Positions 13,231 through 27,726 are shown, numbered from the whole stretch's first letter. The stretch: DNA of 63,981 nucleotides, filler included, from Octopus bimaculoides (GCF_001194135.2; 8 parts of 8 records of this genome joined end to end with filler, not necessarily neighbours in it); one strand, 5' to 3'. The notes: generated from the sequence alone by a model not told the origin. Translations and numbers: made by a program.

Positions 13231-14377
13231 TTAATGTCCACTGCAAAGGCTTCAGAAATGGATGAGCAAAGGACTATGCAACTTCAAACCAATGCAAACT
13301 TGAAAGCTCTGCATAGTGGCACATCAAAGCCATCAGTCAGTTGGTGGGCTTTTTATCATACATGACATTCACTGAAAAAAGCTTCAATGCAGTTGTGTCA
13401 GGCATTACAAGTAAAATAACTACATGCTACAAAATGCTTTAGGTTAGATATAGGATCCCTAATGCCTACTGCAATTGTGACCTCATTTCATGGACTTTTA
13501 TTTATTACTAACTACCAAATTTCTGTTCAAAAAACTTTATTCATTACCTAGGTTGCTTAATACCATATAATAAACGGCTAACGAAATTGGTAATTATGCA
13601 TTTTATATTTATCAACTTGAAACAACTTCTAGTTGCAGGCTAATTCAACTTAAACCGTCCAAAGGAGTATGCCTTATAATAAATTACACCGTCCAAAGGA
13701 TGGGTGTGTTTGCTAGTAAATACACACACATACACACACAGATATATGTATGTATACATACACATACATGCACATATATGTATGTATACACACACATACA
13801 AACACACATACACATATATATGTATACACATACAGATATATGTATGTATACACACATAAATGTATGTACACACACATACTCACAAACACACATACACACA
13901 AACATATGTATGCATGCATGTGTGTATGCACACACATGCAGAAACATTTTAAACACCTGAAAATATACTACTTTATTTGAAATTGCCGGCTGTATATATT
14001 TATGAATTTTATTTGAGTACATCTGGAATATAGTTTCTTCTACTTAAATATACCATATGACGACACACTGGTTTATTTGATAATGGTCTCTTTCTTATTT
14101 CTTTTTATCAACATACCATAACATACTAATAATGTTTACTCTTAATATCTATTAATCTACCAAGCATACTGAACATCCCTTTAAAGAGCCACAAAAGTAC
14201 TTCATTGTGAATAAACTGAACAAATTTTATGTCTCTGCACTGACATCAAATGTGAAAGACGTGAATGGTATGTGTTCTGTTTACCCAGAAAGATTTATTT
14301 GTTCTAGGATTCCTAATGTATTGTACAGCATAGATATAACAGATACTAGATGTAAGGCTTTATTGATTTACATTTAA

Positions 14378-14668
14378 CCCTTAAGCGTTCAGATTATTGT
14401 CAAATGTAATGCTTATTGATCTTTTATCTTTTACTTGTTTCAGTCATTTGACTGTGGCCATGCTGGGGCACCAACTTGAAAGGGTTTAGTCAAACAAATT
14501 GACCCCCACCAGACTTATTTTTTTAAGCTTATTACTTATTCTATCACTTATTCTTAGTGTTTTTTTTGCTGAACCACTAAGTTATGGGGATGTTAACACA
14601 CCAACACCAGTTGTCAAGTGGTGGTGGGGGAAAAAACAGACACAAAGACACATGCACATAGATGTATG

Positions 14669-14717
<49 letters not shown>

Positions 14718-15154
14718 TCATCATCATCATCATCGTTTAACGTCCGCTTTCCATGCTAGCATGGGTTGGACGATTTGACTGAGGACTGGTGAAACCGGAT
14801 GGCAACATCAGGCTCCAATATATATATATATATATATGTGATAGGCATCTTTTAGTTTCTCTTTATCAAATCCACTCACAAGGCTTTGGTTGACCCAAGG
14901 CTATAGCAGAAGACACATGCCTAAGGTACCACACAATGAGACTGAATCCAGAACCATGTGGTTGGGAAGCAAGCTTCTTACCACACAGCCATGCTTAATC
15001 ATGCATTATCTCATAGCTTCAAGATTTCAATGATGAAATTGTTTCTTTTTAGAATGACATTGTAAGGGAGGTGTGAGAGGTTAGATCTGGCTGGTTTGAA
15101 CATAAAACAGATAGAATATTTTAGTAGGATATGGCTGGATTAAACACTACAGGG
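14378..15154. mobile_element. piggyBac-type MITE of the same family, interrupted by nested SINEs
   Basis: TTAA|CCCTTAAGCGTTCAG ... CAGGG|TTAA. The internal sequence matches 50241-50459 once the SINEs are removed. Confidence 0.7.
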
Positions 15155-15889
15155 TTAAAATATTCTTTCTACTATGAACACAAAGGCCTGAAAATTCTTT
15201 GAGGAGGTGGCTATTACACCGATCTTAGTGCTTGACTGGTACTTATGTTTTTGAAAGGCAAAGTTGACATTATTGGAATTTGAACTCAGAAGTTAAAACT
15301 GGAAGATATGCTGCCAAGAATTTTGTCAGGCATGCTAATGAATCTGTCAGTTTGCTGCCTTTATTTAAAATATAATAACAATGAGCTTAATTTAAATGAT
15401 TTAATTTTTTATCTCTATAGTACCTATGAAATTTTAAAATTAACTTTTTCTTTTGAAGTTTTAATTGTACTAAATACAATCCTATCTAGTTCTGTCTCCA
15501 GTTATCTAGGTATCTAATTATGGGAAACTCTTCATAGAACTCTACTCTTTCCCCAACTATTTCAAGCTTTATTTTTTCCTAAACTTCAGTACTTGAAATC
15601 TGTTTTCATTTTAACCCTTTAAATGTGAAATTAAATTTCATCGTTATTCTAGTAATGTTATGAAATATCTACCCAAAAATAGAATTGGTATTTTCTGCAA
15701 ACGTTGTTTTAGTAAACTTGACATATCTCAATAGAAAATAGTTTTCAAACACGACAAGCTCCAACAAGACATAACTCAATTTATAAAACTGCCTTCTGTA
15801 GTTAAAGATAATGAAATTTTGAGTGGATATATCAGATTTCTGCAGTATAATAGTTAATGAAAAACTAATCATGTTTAGATTGGAATAGA

Positions 15890-16112
15890 GTAATTCCTTG
15901 ACTACTGCAGGTGTTATGTTCCAGACCCTGTCCCTGCAATTGGTGTAAATCTGTGAAGTAGAAACAGTATTGTACTGTATATTTTTAAAATTATTTTTAT
16001 AATTTGTATATATTTGTTTTATCATAAATGCAAAACAACACCACAGGGGAATTGACATACGCTTAAATAATAAACTGCGATAGGTGAACTGCAATATGGT
16101 GAGAGATTACTG
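15890..16112. mobile_element. pogo/Tigger-like MITE
   Basis: Degenerate GTAATxCCT.../...GAGATTACTG|TA ends. A related fragment lies at ~32150-32378. Confidence 0.5.
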
Positions 16113-16369
16113 TATACTTATTTGTTATTTTCCTGAGGACTTATCTTAAAAGAATATTGATTTCAAATTTTGGTTCATGGCCAGCAATTTTGGGGCAGGA
16201 GTTAAGTTGATGACATCGATCCCAGTGTTCAGCTGGTACTTATTTTATTGACCCTGAAAAAAATTAAAGTAAAGTTGACCTCAGTCTGGGTAAAGAGTTC
16301 TTTAGTTCTTTTCTCTGCTAGGTATAACCTGCACTTCCTACTACTATAAGGCCTGCACCTCTTCAGCAT

Positions 16370-16615
16370 TGTGCATTGGTGTTGTGATCAATAGTGCTTT
16401 CATTCAATGACCATACATGCCTAGCCAGGGCTATAGTATTATGCCTCTCCTGGGTGTTAAAGGAGGACTTATGATTGTTAACTCTTGCTAAGAAAGACCT
16501 TCTGATGCCCCAACATGATAGTTTATCCAGCAGAGTCTTTCGACATCACTTCTGCCTCATACACGATGGTCTCCATGTTGCATTGGCTGTTAAGGGGACG
16601 AATGGTGTAGCCACA
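16370..16615 (-). mobile_element. Penelope-like GIY-YIG endonuclease remnant
   Basis: RPLNSQCNMETIVYEAEV..., then (frameshift) ASEG..ARVNNHKSSFNTQERHNTIALARHVWSL, resembling the PLE GIY-YIG C-terminus. Confidence 0.6.
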
Positions 16616-17840
16616 CACGTGGTCACATACAAACACACACATACAGAGAAGCACAACACACGCACACACGCACGTATAGAAAATTACGCACATACACACC
16701 CACACAAACGCATAGAGAAACACGCACACACTCACACACGCACGTATAGAGAAACACGCGCGCGCACACACACACACTCGCACCCACGCCCCCCCCACGT
16801 ATAGAGAAACACACGCAGATATACCTACATACATGCATATATACACATACACATATATACGCGCACACACGCACATACACTAATGTGTTTATTACTGGAT
16901 TTCTGGAGTAGTCTCCCCTACCACTGTTCATCCAAGATTATCGTTAATACAGCAAGGAATATTTTTGTGTACCATCAGCTGCAGGCTGGTTTCTTGTCAT
17001 TATTAACTTTTCAGAATTCTCGTACTTGCATCAACCTCTAGGATTCTGTAAGTACAACAGGCCTGCAAATAAAGCTACTGCATTTGCTGTCCATTTTGCT
17101 TTCAACTTTACACTAACTGCACTAAAAAAACAAACAAAAAACCTTCAAATTCTTTATTTCTACGCTTTATTTCTATTTGACTGCAAGAAATTCTTTACTC
17201 GTTTTACTCTAATAAAGCTGTCTCTTCCATCACCATCAAAGCAGTGCATTCTGGAATTAGCTCTTATCCTCATCTTCTCAAAAGCTTTTTATTCTAAGAT
17301 AGGAAGTATCTATACATGTCTCAATTAAAACATGCTTTAGAATATTGTTCATATATTTGTGACAATTCCTCTGCTATACACACACACACACACGAGAGTC
17401 TGCTGAAAAGAGGATAGACTGACCAAGATACTCTCATGGAATGTGACCAAATGAGGAGCACACACTTCTTCCATCAGTGTTGCAGTGCTTGGATCCCATT
17501 GGTGAAGAAGCTTGTAAGTGACTCAGCAAGTTGGCATAGTACTCTCCATTGATGGTGTGGCCTTCTGAAGACATGCAAGATATCAACAGTTCTTAATGGT
17601 TACGACAGCTATAAGTGTGCTGAAATGTATTTTGAAAGTTCAGTTTGAGTTAACATATCAGTTTGAGTTAAAATATCCATTCTCTTCAGATATCTATTTT
17701 GAAATCCGTATTAAGTCAGTTATTCAGTAGAATGTCTTTTTCAAATAAATTCTATTTTAGATTTTGAAGTGATCTTTCTTCAGTTTTGTCTTTGAACTTC
17801 ATAAAAGAAGTTGTAGTCACATACAAAAATTGATTTAAAC

Positions 17841-18066
17841 CAGTAGTTCTGAACCGGGGCCTATATGATCCATGGAGGTTCATATTGAATTTTGTTGTTA
17901 AAATTTATGTGCAATAAACTGGTTATACTTCTACGCTACACAGTATTTTAACAATTTTTAAAATACAATTCCTTATAATATTTAATTACAAAAATATAAT
18001 AGGATTTTTTAAACACTAATTGGTAATGAGGTTACCCATAGTTAAAAAAATTATCGAGAACTACTG
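17841..18066. mobile_element. hAT-type MITE
   Basis: TIR CAGTAGTTCT/AGAACTACTG with a perfect 8-bp TSD ATTTAAAC (17833-17840, 18067-18074). A related reverse copy lies at ~44800-45058. Confidence 0.85.
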
Positions 18067-18154
18067 ATTTAAACCTTTTGTTTCTAAGGATTTGTTTCCT
18101 CAACTAGCAAAATGGGCGATAAAAATTATTATTATTCAAATGATATTATTGAAT

Positions 18155-18560
18155 AGGCGCAGGAGTGGCTGTGTGGTAAGTAGCTTGCTTACCAACCACA
18201 TGGTTCTGGGTTCAGTCCCACTGCGTGGCACCTTGGGCAAGTGTCTTCTACTATAGCCTCGGGCCGACCAAAGCCTTGTGAGTGGATTTGGTAGACGGAA
18301 ACTGAAAGAAACCCGTCGTATATATGTATATATGTATGTATGTATGTGTGTGTATATGTTTGTGTGTCTGTATTTGTCCCCCCAACTTCGCTTGACAACC
18401 GATGCTGGTGTGTTTACGTCCCCGTAACTTAGCGGTTCGGCAAAAAGAAACCGATAGAATAAGTACTAGGCTTACAAAGAATAAGTCCTGGGGTCCATTA
18501 GCTCGACTAAAGGCGGTGCCCCAGCATGGCCGCAGTGAAATGACTGAAACAAGTAATGAG
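18155..18560 (+). mobile_element. SINE family A (tRNA-like head, CORE-like ACCTTGGGCAAGTG, internal microsatellite), full-length copy
   Basis: Multicopy in the window at ~5645-6020(-), 9470-9830(-), 14431-14995(-), 19490-19700(+), 24205-24390(+), 25490-25660(-), 29345-29530(+), 31735-32120(-), 33610-33780(+), 35717-36066(+), 43390-43775(+) and 58372-58712(-). Confidence 0.85.
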
Positions 18561-20141
18561 TAGTAAAAAGGTGTAGAGAAAAAACACCTTAATAATAGCT
18601 TAAAACTCAATCTCATTCAAGGGAAACTACTCTGCTATGTTTCAAGGGAGGCTACTGGAAATTTAAATCTAAGCACTCTTGTGTTATATTCAACAAGACC
18701 AAAGCAAAGCATGTTTAACATTTATTTTATTGACATCGGACGCATAATTGTTTTTGCCTTTTTAAATGACATAACAAGACAGATATTTTGTATAACACTT
18801 AAATATTGCAGTATTATGGCTAAACAAACGAAGGAAAGATTTGAATCAGAGCGGCAAAAGAACAAATCAAGAATTTAAATGTCACAATCAGCCCAAAATA
18901 ACGGACTAGTTTTCATTAAAAAATGTGGAACCTGTCAGTAAGAGTCAATACAGTTAGATTCAGCTTAGTATTCTAAAGATGAAAAATTATTCATGTGAAC
19001 GAATTCTCGCAACAATCTCACATGAATATGCGATCTTAAGCACAAAATGAGTCCATAGAATTAAACATATAGTGAGTACACGATATCAAATAATCTGTAT
19101 ACACTCTGAACAGCTGAAGAAATTTAAAACGGCAAATTGGCAAACTATTGGGAATCGGACTGATTAGTTACAGTGGTTCACTGCGCTCTGAGTTCAAATC
19201 CTACCTAGGTCAACTTTGTCTTTCATTATTTCAATAAAATACTTGTTCCGAATTGAGGTCCATTTGTTCTCCCCCCCCTCTCTCTTCCTCCTCTCTCTCT
19301 CCCTCCGCTCTCTCTCCACACCTCTCTCCCTCCGCTCTCCCCCACCTCTCTCTCTCCCCTACCACTCTCTCTCCCTACCTTTCTCTCTCTCCTCTACCTC
19401 TCTCTCTCCCCTACCTCTCTTTCTCCCCTACCTCTCTCTCCCCTACCTCTCCCCATCTCTATAGGTATGTGTGTGTGTGTGCGGGCGGGCGTGTCTTTGT
19501 GTCTGTCTTTGTCTTCCACAACCACTTGACAACCAGTGTTGGCGTATTTACGTCCCTGTAACTTAGCGGTTCAATAAAGACCGATAGAGTAAGTACTAGG
19601 CTTAAAAAATAAGCCCAGGGTCATTTTGTTCGACTAAAGTCCTTCAAGGCAGTGCCCCAGCATGGCCGCAGTCAAATGACTGAAACAAGTAAAAAATAAA
19701 GATAAACGATAAAATAATCTTGACATTAAACTGCATCGGGTGGTAAGGCACCTGCTCAGGAATTCAGCCTCCCGGGCCCACTCACATCCGGGATTGTAGT
19801 ACTTACCAATATCCTCATTATATATTAGAGTATAGTATTGTGGCTAAGATATATTGGAATTAAAGGAAAGCTGTCCCCTAGATATGTATGTGCCACCCAA
19901 ACCCACTGGTGCGTGGACATGCCCTGATTTCACGAGTACAAGTCACCTTGCCTAATAGTGAAAGAGACCCTGTGTTCCAAGGGCAAACTCGGGTGGGTAG
20001 GAGACTAATAGAGTAAGTTGTAAATCAACTGTCGACAGAAGTAACGGGAAACTGCTACTGTTTCTTTCTGAAGAAAAATCCTGAATCTTCAGGCATTGGC
20101 ATGACAGTCTATGGTCACCGATGCCTATAAGTAAGGTGCAT

Positions 20142-20202
<61 letters not shown>

Positions 20203-21721
20203 NNNNNNNNNNNNNNNNNNNNNNNNNNNNNNNNNNNNNNNNNNNNNNNNNNNNNNNNNNNNNNNNNNNNNNNNNNNNNNNNNNNNNNNNNNNNNNNNNN
20301 NNNNNNNNNNNNNNNNNNNNNNNNNNNNNNNNNNNNNNNNNNNNNNNNNNNNNNNNNNNNNNNNNNNNNNNNNNNNNNNNNNNNNNNNNNNNNNNNNNNN
20401 NNNNNNNNNNNNNNNNNNNNNNNNNNNNNNNNNNNNNNNNNNNNNNNNNNNNNNNNNNNNNNNNNNNNNNNNNNNNNNNNNNNNNNNNNNNNNNNNNNNN
20501 NNNNNNNNNNNNNNNNNNNNNNNNNNNNNNNNNNNNNNNNNNNNNNNNNNNNNNNNNNNNNNNNNNNNNNNNNNNNNNNNNNAGAGAATAACACTAACAA
20601 AATTTTTTTCTTTGTCTTTGGTCAGTAAGTGTTATTTCCTATTTGCCTCTATCTAGATATCAAAGGAAATGACTACCATTCCCTTCACGCTTTACTTTTG
20701 TGATCCGGACATCAAGACATATTCAGCGCTGAGTTGCCGAAGAAGAAATATCGTTATAGCAAACATTTTTCTCACTATCACAAATTTGCATGCTAGTTGC
20801 TTGACATTAACCATTTGAGGATGTTCCTTAGTAGGCTGACGATATGTTCATATCTGATCATGAGCAGGAAGAGTGGGGGAGCATCATAGCCATGTGTTGA
20901 GAGGAATTCTTTGGGGTTTGAATAAATGTAACAAAAGCAAAGTTTGAAGGAAATATTAGCCCTTTTTCATACTTTCCAGGGGTAAGCAAATAGGAGCTAA
21001 AAATTACTACCCAAGGACAAAAATCGTGTTACACAGTGTAATCTATGTAGCAACTCTCGGAGTTACAACAGGTGTTATAGATGTAGGGATTAAGGGGTGA
21101 GCTGGCAGAATCGTTAGCACAGCGGATAAAATGCTTAGCGGCATTTCGTTTGTCTTTAAGTTTTGCATTCAAATTCCACCGAGGACGACTTTTATCGGGG
21201 TCGATAAAATAAGTACCAATCAAGTACTAGAGTCGATTTAATCGTCTATCCCACTTCCACTCAAAAACTGCTGACCCTATATCAAGATTTAAAAGCATTA
21301 TAGATGTAGGGACTGTAAAACATAATAAAAACACAACTTTTCTCACAAGTGGAACATCTTCACCTATCAAATTCGGTAGTAATTTCTCTCATTACAGTTC
21401 TGGCTCTGCGTTCAAATCCCGCCGAGATCGACTTTGTCTTTCATAATTCTAGGGTCGATAATATAAAGTATCAGCAGGNNNNNNNNNNNNNNNNNNNNNN
21501 NNNNNNNNNNNNNNNNNNNNNNTTAATTAATTAANNNNNNNNNNNNNNNNNNNNNNNNNNNNNNNNNNNNNNNNNNNNATTTTATTGACCTCGGAAGGAT
21601 GGATGACAAAGAAGACATCATTTGAATTTGAACTTGGAAGGTAAAGAGTCGGAAGAAATGCTGATGCGATGCGCTAACGATTCTGCCAGGTCGCCAATAA
21701 TAATAATAATAACGATAATAA

Positions 21722-21801
21722 TAAGAAGAAGAAGGAGAAGAAGAAGAAGAAGAAGAAGAAGAAGAAGAAGAAGAAGAAGAAGAAGAAGAAGAAGAAGAAG
21801 A
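21722..21801 (+). repeat. (GAA)n microsatellite
   Basis: Direct. It explains the poly-R/S/L ORFs in the track. Confidence 0.95.
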
Positions 21802-22385
21802 AAGGAACATGGAGGAGTTTGAAACGAAAGCGAAAAAACTTGATGAAGTTTTACGGTCGACAGAGTCAACCCAACAACAATTTCTTGATACGTTCCTGAA
21901 TGTTGACAGTTCTTTCGTTCACCGACATTAAAATTTTAAAATTATTTGTTATTGTAGAATTAACGCAGAAAAGGTGGCAGCTATAACTGTTCGAATGACC
22001 CTTCATAAATTGCTTTTTTTTTTTAATGAATTTATGTCGTTCCAAATTGCTTTTTCATATTCACGGATTAATTACGATTATCGCCGTGAACATTAAATTC
22101 TATTAACGTGGTTCGATATAAGCGGAGACATCGGTGACGGCGGGGAACTGAATTTTCATGTTAAGCAAGAAATAGGTGACTCTGTGTGTTTGTGTACACG
22201 TACGTATATGTGCATTTGCGTGTACACACACATACAAACACACAACACACACACACGCACAAACATATATAGAATCCAGGTGTATCAACACGTAGGACGC
22301 TAGGATTGGCTAGGTACCATAACACCGAGTTCACAGTGAGGTAAAACAACCATGGGGTATATGGTGTTGGTAGTGTAATGCAGAT

Positions 22386-22417
<32 letters not shown>

Positions 22418-24348
22418 NNNNNNNNNNNNNNNNNNNNNNNNNNNNNNNNNNNNNNNNNNNNNNNNNNNNNNNNNNNNNNNNNNNNNNNNNNNNNNCCGCA
22501 GTCTACTGACTGAAACAAGTAGATAAATGATAAATGGTTTTCGAAAGTCGAATTAGAATTTGTGAAGAGTAAAAATAATATTTATTTTCCTTGAATGTTG
22601 TTTGTTTTTTCATTATTAGCGACGGAAGCGACGGTATTGGTTCAAAATTAGTGTCAAAATCAAAACACAGATAACACATACATCAAAAAATTTAACACGT
22701 GACTACGGAGATAAAAAAATTAATAGTCAAAAATTTGACGGCAACAAATAAATCAACCCGTGACTGCTAAGGTATGCAGCGAGAAGTAAAAAAAAAAAAG
22801 CCATTCGCAATAAAGTCTATACGAATCCAGCTGGTATATATAAGAAACAACACAGATGCCAAATTTAATACATTCTTGAAATTGAGTGTATGAAGGTCTG
22901 GAAACTTCGAATATAAATTTAGGAACTACATTGTTCGAAACTAACCGTATAAAGATTATTTGAAAATACTAAAAAAAAGTAAAATAAAGAAGCTAAAACT
23001 TGAACACAACCGCGTAGAACAGTGGTTCCCAGCCTTTTCCCTACTAAGGACCCCTTTTATTTAAATGGTGTTCTTCCTGCATATACATCAGTCTTTGATC
23101 GCTATCATAATTTTCCCCTTGTTATTGTGTTGTTGCAGGCGGAAAGCGGGCAGAATCGTTAGCATATCTGGTAAATACTTAATGGCATTTCTTGCGACGA
23201 AGTCAACAAGTCCCGATGATGTCAACTTCGTCCTTTACTATTTCGAAAAAAATGAAGTATCTGTTAAATACGGGAGTCGATATAATCGACTGCTTCTCCC
23301 TTCATAATTGCTGGCTTTGAACCCCTTTAACGGACCTGTGTCCCGTTTAGGAATACCGTTGTGATGGTAGTCTCTTATACGCCATGGAAACCGTGCAACC
23401 GGCTTTATAAGTCCGAGGGCTTAAGAAAAAAATATGTAAGTAATCGAATTGTTGAAACATTTATGGAAAGTAGTTTATTCCAAAGCCGGACTCTGATATT
23501 ATTGGAAAACATTCTGCTTTTCTAAATAGTTTATTATCTCGTCTTGTGTGTAATTTTCCCCAAACTTTTTTCAAAATTGCTATGTGAAACGCCTCGCTCT
23601 GTAATTTCTTCTTCGTGTTCTGTAGCTGAGGATTTTTTTTTCTTTTTACTTCTATATTTCCAATATAATCAGTAGTCTGAAAACATCTAAAGAAATCTAA
23701 AATATAAAATACATTTACGTGGCTAGTAAAACTACGAGCAAAGCTAGAGGCGGCATCCGGTGTTGAAATTTAATTTTCGTAGAAATATATTGCTTCTGTT
23801 ATGTCTTATGTCTTATTCTGTTCGAATGATAGCCATTCAAGCAACCTACACACAATTCGCCGGTGGCTGGCCCTAGGGTTACCTTTTCATAGGTTACAAC
23901 TTTGAACAAAAGTATTTCTAGGATCAAAAATATTCCAGCTATTATTTCGTAAGTAAGCAATACTTCAGACGTGTGGTGTCTCCTGGTGGCCAATTATTTC
24001 AAGGGGGATAATCATTTCTAGATTAATTATGACGTTATTAAAAATTTGAGTTTTAAATCGAAGAGCAATGAAGAAAATGCCTAGAAAATACATGTCTATT
24101 TTCTTTTTCTTACTCATTACAAAAGATTATAAAATTTCTAGTCATAACTAATAACAGGAAATCGAAAAATAAACATCCATCGATGTGGATCGAACAACGC
24201 AGGAGCAGGCATAGCTGTATAGTACGAAGTTTGGTTCCAGGTTCAATCCCTCTGCGTGGCACCTTGGGCTAGTGCTTTTTATTATAGACTCGGGCCGACC
24301 AAAGCTTTATCAATGGATTTCGTTGACGAAGACTGAAAGAAGCTCGTC

Positions 24349-24402
<54 letters not shown>

Positions 24403-26425
24403 AGTGTTAGAAGTGGTGTACAGATATTGTATATTGAGAAAAGAGGAGGTCGCCAGAATTTTGGAAAAAATTCTTTTTATTTATTCATTACTATTAGCAC
24501 TTTCGTTTATTCATTTGTTCAACGAAATAAATCATTTATTCGTTTGTTTGTCTAACAGCGATACTGGTCTTAGTATGACACCAGTACTCTATTGTGGAGG
24601 AACAATAATTGATCGGAATTGAAGAGGAAGGTTAATCTGTAGGAATATAATTTTGACAGTTATGTATGTAAGGGTCTCCATGAAAGATCGTCAGAGATTG
24701 CGAGGAGATTTTGTTTTCATAGAAGACTTTGAAGACTTTTGCTATGATGTTTATGGTTAGAGCGTGAGTAAGATTCCAAACTGCTTTGTTGTGTTGTTTA
24801 GTCTTTAAATGTTTATGCTATTGAAAAGAACTAGGACATCATGCTCTTATTAATGAATGCTCTCAGGGTCATTGTTCCTGAATGCAGAAAGTGTTGAAGT
24901 TAAATATGGAGATGACACCTGTGTTCATAGACGTAGGTGTTGTTAAAAGTCAGAGCGCGTGAAGCAGGAAGTATTTCAGTTTATAGAAGGAAATGTATAA
25001 AAGATATTATTGAATCAAAAATGATAAATCACCTCAGCACACGATGCTAATGTCAGGTTGTATCATATTATCCTCGTATGACACAATCTGACATTTGGAT
25101 TCGCCTCTCCTCCAACTGCTTCCCCCATTTTCCTGATATGCATCAATGGACTTTCTGTACAACCTTTCCTAATTTAAGGACATCATTCTAAACAAGAAAC
25201 TTCAATAATATTCTCCAATAGGAATAACGGTAAATGTATATAATATTTCCAACGCATCAAGACTCAGTCGTTACAAATATCAAAGAAATAATTAGGCAGC
25301 ACTCGAATTAAGACGGAATCACTAGGAAGTATGTGTTTGACTTTCTCTTCACAGCAGAAGTGATAGTATTTCGAATCACAGCAAAGGTGGTAGCATTGCT
25401 AAATACGTATTTCTGCATCTTTGAGCTTTGTCAATAGTAAATATTCATTAGCAACCATACGCTAACACAAAATCATCCACTACAAATATGTGATGAGTTT
25501 CTTTCAGTTTCCGTCTACCAGACCTATACACAAGGCTTCGGTCGACTCGAGGTTATAGCAGAAGACGTTCGTCCAAGGTACCAAAGGTACCACCCAGTGG
25601 AACTGAACCCTAAGCTGTGCGGTTGAGAAGTAAACTTCTTACCACACAACCAAACCTGCGCCTACCCCCCACCCCACCCCACGCACATACACACACACAC
25701 ACACACATACACATATAATATATATATATATATATATGTATAAGTATATGTATATATGTATATACAGCGGACTCCCTCACAGGTTTTCGTCGACCGAATT
25801 CATTCCCAAAGCATTGGTCGGCTTCAGTGCCGCGTTGTGGGACTGAAATGGAATCCAGGTGTTACAAGGCGAGCTTCTTAACCACATGACCAAGTCTAAA
25901 TTACTGTAATAATAATATCATCAATAAATTAAAGACTCTGGATCGATAAGGTTTGTGGCGTTAAAAAGATAACTAAGATTTGAAAAGACAACACTTTGAA
26001 AAGACGACTGAGGTGCGAATGATAGAGACAATAGTCTTTTAGAATAACAGCGAATGGCTGCTGTTAAATATGATTAGTCTGGTTTTCTATTATCGGTTTT
26101 CAAAGGATTTAATTAATTTTCATACAAAATAGGGCCGGGGTGGGAGACGGCTTGATTTATTTCAAAATGAAGATGACATATGATTGGTGGAACTTATTTC
26201 GGAAAGGAAGGAGAGACATATACATACACATATGTCAATGTATAAGATTAATCTTGCACACATACGCACTTGTGCACACACACACTCGGTTGCGCACACA
26301 CGCATGCACACGCGCACGTAGTAACACACAATACAGGTATTACTTAAACACGCATTCACATACACACAGATACAAAACTACACTCCACCTATATCCGCTT
26401 GTAAGTATTTATTAACGCGTGTAAT

Positions 26426-26467
<42 letters not shown>

Positions 26468-27453
26468 NNNNNNNNNNNNNNNNNNNNNNNNNNNNNNNNN
26501 NNNNNNNNNNNNNNNNNNNNNNNNNNNNNNNNNNNNNNNNNNNNNNNNNNNNNNNNNNNNNNNNNNNNNNNNNNNNNNNNNNNNNNNNNNNNNNNNNNNN
26601 NNNNNNNNNNNNNNNNNNNNNNNNNNNNNNNNNNNNNNNNNNNNNNNNNNNNNNNNNNNNNNNNNNNNNNNNNNNNNNNNNNNNNNNNNNNNNNNNNNNN
26701 NNNNNNNNNNNNNNNNNNNNNNNNNNNNNNNNNNNNNNNNNNNNNNNNNNNNNNNNNNNNNNNNNNNNNNNNNNNNNNNNNNNNNNNNNNNNNNNNNNNN
26801 NNNNNNNNNNNNNNNNNNNNNNNNNNNNNNNNNNNNNNNNNNNNNNNNNNNNNNNNNNNNNNNNNNNNNNNNNNNNNNNNNNNNNNNNNNNNNNNNNNNN
26901 NNNNNNNNNNNNNNNNNNNNNNNNNNNNNNNNNNNNNNNNNNNNNNNNNNNNNNNNNNNNNNNNNNNNNNNNNNNNNNNNNNNNNNNNNNNNNNNNNNNN
27001 NNNNNNNNNNNNNNNNNNNNNNNNNNNNNNNNNNNNNNNNNNNNNNNNNNNNNNNNNNNNNNNNNNNNNNNNNNNNNNNNNNNNNNNNNNNNNNNNNNNN
27101 NNNNNNNNNNNNNNNNNNNNNNNNNNNNNNNNNNNNNNNNNNNNNNNNNNNNNNNNNNNNNNNNNNNNNNNNNNNNNNNNNNNNNNNNNNNNNNNNNNNN
27201 NNNNNNNNNNNNNNNNNNNNNNNNNNNNNNNNNNNNNNNNNNNNNNNNNNNNNNNNNNNNNNNNNNNNNNNNNNNNNNNNNNNNNNNNNNNNNNNNNNNN
27301 NNNNNNNNNNNNNNNNNNNNNNNNNNNNNNNNNNNNNNNNNNNNNNNNNNNNNNNNNNNNNNNNNNNNNNNNNNNNNNNNNNNNNNNNNNNNNNNNNNNN
27401 NNNNNNNNNNNNNNNNNNNNNNNNNNNNNNNNNNNNNNNNNNNNNNNNNNNNN

Positions 27454-27497
<44 letters not shown>

Positions 27498-27652
27498 TCA
27501 TCGTGTGTTTGGGGTGGCAACAGGAGAACAGCAGGTATTGTTTAGAATCTGTTGGTTTGTAATGAATGTCAGTTTCAATGTTTTCGTGTTTTGACGATTA
27601 GAATGTCTAGGAATGATAGTTGAGTTTTACTCAACTACCATTCCAGGGTAGT

Positions 27653-27726
27653 TGGTGAAGTTAATATTCTATGGTGAAGTTAATATTCCATGGTGAAGTT
27701 AATATTCTATGGTGAAGTTAATATTA
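27653..27726 (+). repeat. 19-bp minisatellite x4 (TGGTGAAGTTAATATTCYA)
   Basis: Four tandem units read directly from the sequence. Confidence 0.9.

Noticed and set aside
15669-16094. 141-aa minus-strand ORF as a TBC1D32 exon
   Set aside because: Half of it is a MITE, and the remainder has no convincing similarity to Bromi.
21523-21534. Recurrent TTAATTAATTAA motif as a possible regulatory or recombination site
   Set aside because: It is always centred in 100-bp N gaps, so it is an assembly spacer.
27653-27726. CRISPR-like array
   Set aside because: The repeats are contiguous with no spacers, and the context is eukaryotic.
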